NCBI GenBank assembly: GCA_963718615.1
Contig: OY970368.1
Span: 4,064,001 to 4,128,000 of the forward strand
Direction of reading: 5' to 3'
Origin: an uncultured cyanobacterium
GTDB lineage: Bacteria > Cyanobacteriota > Cyanobacteriia > PCC-9006 > JAAUQQ01
DNA: 64,000 nt
In this document: positions 59,563 through 64,000 of the stretch, piece after piece
Layout: every line of letters starts with the position of its first letter
Position numbering within the stretch: the first letter of the stretch is position 1
Made by a program: the position numbers and the translations under genes
The notes under the pieces: model-generated
Databases searched by the model: none
The model's input: only the letters and a program-made list of their open reading frames with translations
What the model was told of the DNA's origin: nothing

Positions 59563-61407
59563 TTATTTGAAGGCATACTCCTTAATAGATTCATCTTCTG
59601 TCATTGATGGATTCTGGGTAGTAAACTCTGTCATCCAAGATTGTAGTTCAGGCTTATATTGATAAGACTTGAACTCCTGACGCATTTCATCGATGTAGCT
59701 ATTGTTCGAGAGATTTCTTGTCTTGAACTTGTACACCATCTCTCCAATCGCAGATTGCACAGTAAAGCCAATTAGCACCAACAGGTAGTAAAGATTAGCA
59801 AAATTTAGGAAACCCTTGACTCCAAACCCTTTCCAAAGGAATTTCACGTACCAAACTGCAACGAAGAAACAAGTATTCTTAATACAGGCAAAGACATTGC
59901 AGTGAAGAGGCTCAAGTTTGGTATTTGCCAAGTAGTTATCGAACTGTTTAGGAGTATAGTATCCCCAAAGCAATTGATCAGCCCGATAACAGTCCATGAG
60001 CCCAAGATTGGCATCTCGCTCAACTAACTGATTGAATTGTTTATTCACATGGGAAAACATACCATCAATTTTCTTGTTGATGCCCAAGAAAATTGAAATA
60101 AAGGTTTGATCGATATGCCACTTACCAACATACATGGGAACCATCATTCCAAACCACCACATGTACTCCCAATAAATACGCCAACTCATAACACTCGCAT
60201 GACCTAGCTGCTTGCCATGATCGCGATAGAGGTAATTAACCGTCAAAGCAAAAATCAAATTGAAACGGTTAAATGCTTCTCGTTTTTCTTCGGTATCAGA
60301 CTCACCCACGAACTTTGAGCGAATGATTTCAGTGACGCTCTCGATCGCGAGAGTCACAGTAGAGGTACCATAAGAGTAGAAAGCATCAAAGATGTAAGCA
60401 GCATCTCCAATGACATACCAGTTGTCTGGTGAAAACATGCGCTTACTCTTATGGGCAACCTTAGGCCAATAGTGGTAATCAATCTTCTCACCACTTTCAA
60501 TCAAGTTATACAGCAACTGGTGGTTACGTTTCAAAAAGTCGAGGAACTTCTCCTCAGTATTGACTTCTTCGGAGGGTAGTTGGTCATGATGATGCATCAT
60601 GCCAATCGAAACTTCCATGGTTTTTGTATCGATCGGAATCATCCACAGCCAATGGCCATGCCCAAAGTAATGATTGGTAGCATAATAATGACTGGTCGAT
60701 GAGTTCTTGGGATCATAGCCACTATGGAAAAGACTACGATCAACACCACGCACTCGCATCCAGGTGGAAGCATTATTTAATCCGAGCAGATTCTCGGGAC
60801 CCGAAAGGACATTGTCTTTCTTCCGCCCAATGATGAATCGGCGTCCTGCTGCATCAATCACATGCTTACAGGTTAGGTAAATCACCTCTCCCTTAAGATT
60901 AATTTTGACCTTCTTAGCTTCATCACCTGGGGTCAAGTCAACATCATCAACTCGACCATTGTAAAACGCAACTCCCATTTCTTGGTCCATCTTGAGTAAA
61001 TCGCGCTCTAGCTTAGCTCGATTCATTTGGAATGCAGGGATCGAAACCTGGCGATTAGACCAAATATGATAGTAATCATCCAAATTTTCTGTCTGATTTG
61101 CAGTTTTAGGCCAATGAAAATTTAGGCCAATTTTAGGAACATGATTTTCAATCAGGTATTCATGAAGACCTAACTCTTTACTTAAAAACAAGGCAGCAAT
61201 TTCAATGGTTGATTCTCCGATTTTAAGATCCTTGTCACCCCGATCAACTGGACGCGGATCAACTAGTGCAACCGTTATACCAGGAATCTTCAGCATCAAA
61301 TGACGAGCTTGGCAAAGTCCTGCAAAACCCGCACCCATAATGACCACATCATAATCATGAGATGAAGTATCTTGGGTCAAGACATCGTGAGTCAGAGTGC
61401 TAATCAT
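59563..61407 (-). CDS. Flavin-dependent halogenase, AerJ/ApdC/McnD-like
   Basis: GAGFAG, KIGES, PKIGLNFHW, HWLWMIP, GDAAYIFDAFYSYG. Confidence 0.85.
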   Translation of the reverse strand: MISTLTHDVLTQDTSSHDYDVVIMGAGFAGLCQARHLMLKIPGITVALVDPRPVDRGDKDLKIGESTIEIAALFLSKELGLHEYLIENHVPKIGLNFHWPKTANQTENLDDYYHIWSNRQVSIPAFQMNRAKLERDLLKMDQEMGVAFYNGRVDDVDLTPGDEAKKVKINLKGEVIYLTCKHVIDAAGRRFIIGRKKDNVLSGPENLLGLNNASTWMRVRGVDRSLFHSGYDPKNSSTSHYYATNHYFGHGHWLWMIPIDTKTMEVSIGMMHHHDQLPSEEVNTEEKFLDFLKRNHQLLYNLIESGEKIDYHYWPKVAHKSKRMFSPDNWYVIGDAAYIFDAFYSYGTSTVTLAIESVTEIIRSKFVGESDTEEKREAFNRFNLIFALTVNYLYRDHGKQLGHASVMSWRIYWEYMWWFGMMVPMYVGKWHIDQTFISIFLGINKKIDGMFSHVNKQFNQLVERDANLGLMDCYRADQLLWGYYTPKQFDNYLANTKLEPLHCNVFACIKNTCFFVAVWYVKFLWKGFGVKGFLNFANLYYLLVLIGFTVQSAIGEMVYKFKTRNLSNNSYIDEMRQEFKSYQYKPELQSWMTEFTTQNPSMTEDESIKEYAFK

Positions 61408-61806
61408 GAGTTAAAATCTCCCTAAATTGAAAGTGAAATACTTAATCCTTAAGCTTCTCTAAGGGCCAGTCTAGAACACTTTAAAACCTCCACATATCTA
61501 TGGTATGGGCAGGCATCTAAATAGCAAGCTAGAGACTCGAAAGGATAGAATTCTAGCAAGCAGATCGACTTTAGCCCTGCGAAATAGCTAAAGGATTGAA
61601 TTAATTGTTCTACCTGACCAACATTAAATTCATTGAGATTCAGTGAGATTCATATTCAACTAGAATCATAAAACGAAATTTTGCAAGCGCTAACTAGAGT
61701 CATTTAAAAAACCGAAAACCTGATTTGAACAGATATTTTTGATCATTCTTGTATCTTTCTATGGATCAAACCTCATCGCCTATCCCAAAAAGAAGCTTGG
61801 ATTTGA

Positions 61807-63720
61807 TCAGACTTTAACAATCTCAGGCAAGAGAAATTCTTCAGAATCAGACAGCAGCGTATCAGAGCACTTTTGGCTCTTTAAATCTTGTAGAGGTAAA
61901 GATTGCAGTTCTGGAATAAACTGATATGTCTTAAACTCCTCACGCATCTGAGCAATTTCACTGTTATCAGGAACATCTCTGGTTTGAATCCGAAAGATAA
62001 TCTCTCCAAGCGTGGCAAAGAGCATAACGGATGCAACCCAGCTAATATTGCCTATGGTTCGAGTACTCATCAAGCCTCGCCAGCCAAATCCTTGAAGTCG
62101 AAACTTGATAAGCCAGACAATCGCATAAAAACAAGCATTTCTCAAGCTTGCGAACACATTGACTCGCAATGGCTCATACTTAGCATTCTGAGTAAAGTCA
62201 TCAAAATGCTTGGCTGTGGTGTAACCCCAAATTAGCTGATCTGCACGATAGCAATCTAACAATCCTAAATTAGCCTTTTGCTGAATCAACTGATTAAACT
62301 GATCATACACGTCCAACCACAGCGTAGATAATCCCTTGAAAATCTTGACCGTTCGTTCACAAAAACCAATGTCCAAATGCCACTTTCCAATGTATAGTGG
62401 CACAATTACACCAAACCACCAAATATATTCAAAGTAAATGCGCCAACTCATGATGCTGGCATTGCCTAGCTGTTTTGCATGGTCGTAATACAACGTATTC
62501 ACAATATCGTTATAGCCAACGGTAAAATCGTTGTAAGCTTTCCGTTTTTTCTCTGCATTAGTCTCTTGGGCCAGCTTAGCACGTATAATCTCTGTCGTAC
62601 TTTCGATCGCAAATGTAGTTAAAGTTGATCCCTGGGAGTAAAATGCATCAAAAATACAAGCAGCATCTCCAATCACATACCAATTATCTTCGGAGAACAT
62701 CGTCTTAGATTTATGAGCAACTTTAGGCCAATGGTGAAAATCAACTACTTCTCCACTTTGAATTAAGTTAAAAAGAACAGTGTGATTGGCCTTGAGAAAG
62801 TCCAAAAATTTTTCCTGAGTACTCATCTGCTTGCTGGGCAAGACATCATGATGATACATCATACCAATTGAGAGTTGATTATTCTCTATATCAATGGGGA
62901 TCATCCAAAGCCAATGTCCATGCCCAAAATAGTGATTGGTTGCATAGTAATGACTGACAGATGAATTATCAGGATCATAACTATTGTGAAATAGACTGCG
63001 ATCAACATTCTTTACTCTCACCCAGGATGCTCCATTATTTAAACCGTAAAGGTTCTCGGGACCAAATAGCAAATTATCGGTTTTGCGACCAATAATAAAT
63101 CGACGCCCCGCAGCATCAACCACATGTCTGGCTTTTAATTCTTGGATTCCCCCCCTAACTCGAACTTTGACTGTATTGATTGCATCTCCTTGGGTTAAAT
63201 CAACGTCAACGACTTGGCCCTGAATAAAATGAGCTCCTTGAGTGAGATTCATTTGCAATAAATCTTGCTCAAATTCAGAGCGATCGATCTGAAACGAAGC
63301 AATTTCTGGCTGCCGATTTGTCCAAATATGGAAATAATCGTTGATACTTTGGGTGTTACTAAAATGCTTAGGCCAGTGGAAGTTTAGACCAAATTTAGGG
63401 ACCTGTTTCTCCACCAAATAATCATACAAGCCAAGCTCTTTAGAAAGAAACAGAGCAGCAACTTCAACCGTTGATTCTCCAATTTTCAAATCCTTCTTTG
63501 GATCTCTTTGTTGAGAGCGTGGATCAATCAGAGCGACCTTAATATTAGGAACCTTGAGCATTAAATGCCTAGTCTGACAAAGACCTGCAAAGCCTGCGCC
63601 CATAATCACGACATCATAGACTTCCGAAGATTGAACCGTAGTCGAGTCAGAACATTGAGTATTATTCATTTTAGTTTTGTTCGCTAATTCTGTTGAAGTT
63701 AAAAGGCTTGAAGAAGTCAA
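61807..63720 (-). CDS. Flavin-dependent halogenase, AerJ/ApdC/McnD-like
   Basis: GAGFAG, KIGES, PKFGLNFHW, HWLWMIP, GDAACIFDAFYSQG; ATG 63669 is an alternative start. Confidence 0.85.
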   Translation of the reverse strand: MTSSSLLTSTELANKTKMNNTQCSDSTTVQSSEVYDVVIMGAGFAGLCQTRHLMLKVPNIKVALIDPRSQQRDPKKDLKIGESTVEVAALFLSKELGLYDYLVEKQVPKFGLNFHWPKHFSNTQSINDYFHIWTNRQPEIASFQIDRSEFEQDLLQMNLTQGAHFIQGQVVDVDLTQGDAINTVKVRVRGGIQELKARHVVDAAGRRFIIGRKTDNLLFGPENLYGLNNGASWVRVKNVDRSLFHNSYDPDNSSVSHYYATNHYFGHGHWLWMIPIDIENNQLSIGMMYHHDVLPSKQMSTQEKFLDFLKANHTVLFNLIQSGEVVDFHHWPKVAHKSKTMFSEDNWYVIGDAACIFDAFYSQGSTLTTFAIESTTEIIRAKLAQETNAEKKRKAYNDFTVGYNDIVNTLYYDHAKQLGNASIMSWRIYFEYIWWFGVIVPLYIGKWHLDIGFCERTVKIFKGLSTLWLDVYDQFNQLIQQKANLGLLDCYRADQLIWGYTTAKHFDDFTQNAKYEPLRVNVFASLRNACFYAIVWLIKFRLQGFGWRGLMSTRTIGNISWVASVMLFATLGEIIFRIQTRDVPDNSEIAQMREEFKTYQFIPELQSLPLQDLKSQKCSDTLLSDSEEFLLPEIVKV

Positions 63721-63760
63721 GATCTGGGAAGATCATGTTCAAATGTTTCGCTCGGAAAAT

Positions 63761-63994
63761 TCATATCTTTTCCCGAAATATTTTAGGTTGATTTTTGAAC
63801 CAACGGCTAATGCGTGCCCCCTGCCACATCCAAAATCCAGACAGGGTAAGCAGTGGAAATATAGCACACCCCATGATAGTTAACAGGCTTGGATGAGTTC
63901 GCCAGGGAGAGTAAAGAAATATGCCCAAGACCACAGAAGCCAAGATATGGAGAATCCGTAATTGAGCCCGAAGACCGCCTTTCGTTTGGTTCAT
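63761..63994 (-). CDS. Small hypothetical membrane protein
   Basis: Two hydrophobic helices (HILASVVLGIFLYSPW, FPLLTLSGFWMWQ); 40 nt upstream of the first halogenase. Confidence 0.65.
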   Translation of the reverse strand: MNQTKGGLRAQLRILHILASVVLGIFLYSPWRTHPSLLTIMGCAIFPLLTLSGFWMWQGARISRWFKNQPKIFREKI

Positions 63995-64000
63995 GGTACT

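Overview
Cyanobacterial chromosome segment: the HIP1 octamer GCGATCGC is frequent, and the nif genes are uninterrupted, as in non-heterocystous strains. 1-23.2 kb: Mo-nitrogenase cluster, with divergent nifP(cysE)-nifV-nifT and nifB-fdxN-nifSUHDK-nifZ-orf-nifEN(fused)-nifX-orf-orf-nifW-hesA-orf-hesB-fdxH-feoA-fdxB-methyltransferase, then mop and modA-modBC. 23.3-39.3 kb: variable region. It holds a three-gene operon (RcaD-like winged-helix protein, P-loop ATPase, Cas4/AddB-like Fe-S nuclease fused to an FtsK motor) that looks like an uncharacterised DNA-attacking or defence system, followed by a DsrE-like gene, higBA and leuCD. After these comes an integrase-less array of attC-bounded gene cassettes (AAA ATPase, AbiE-like pair, two orphan ORFs) and an intact IS1380. 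39.4-56.8 kb: core genes (hybrid histidine kinase, comF, tRNA-Phe, SDR, egtBD, rpmH-rnpA-PH-yidC-jag-yceD-ycf46, glgB). 57.6-63.7 kb: three tandem AerJ/ApdC/McnD-type flavin-dependent halogenases with no carrier protein or NRPS in the window. All family assignments come from motifs read by eye and from recalled family knowledge; no searches or computations were run.
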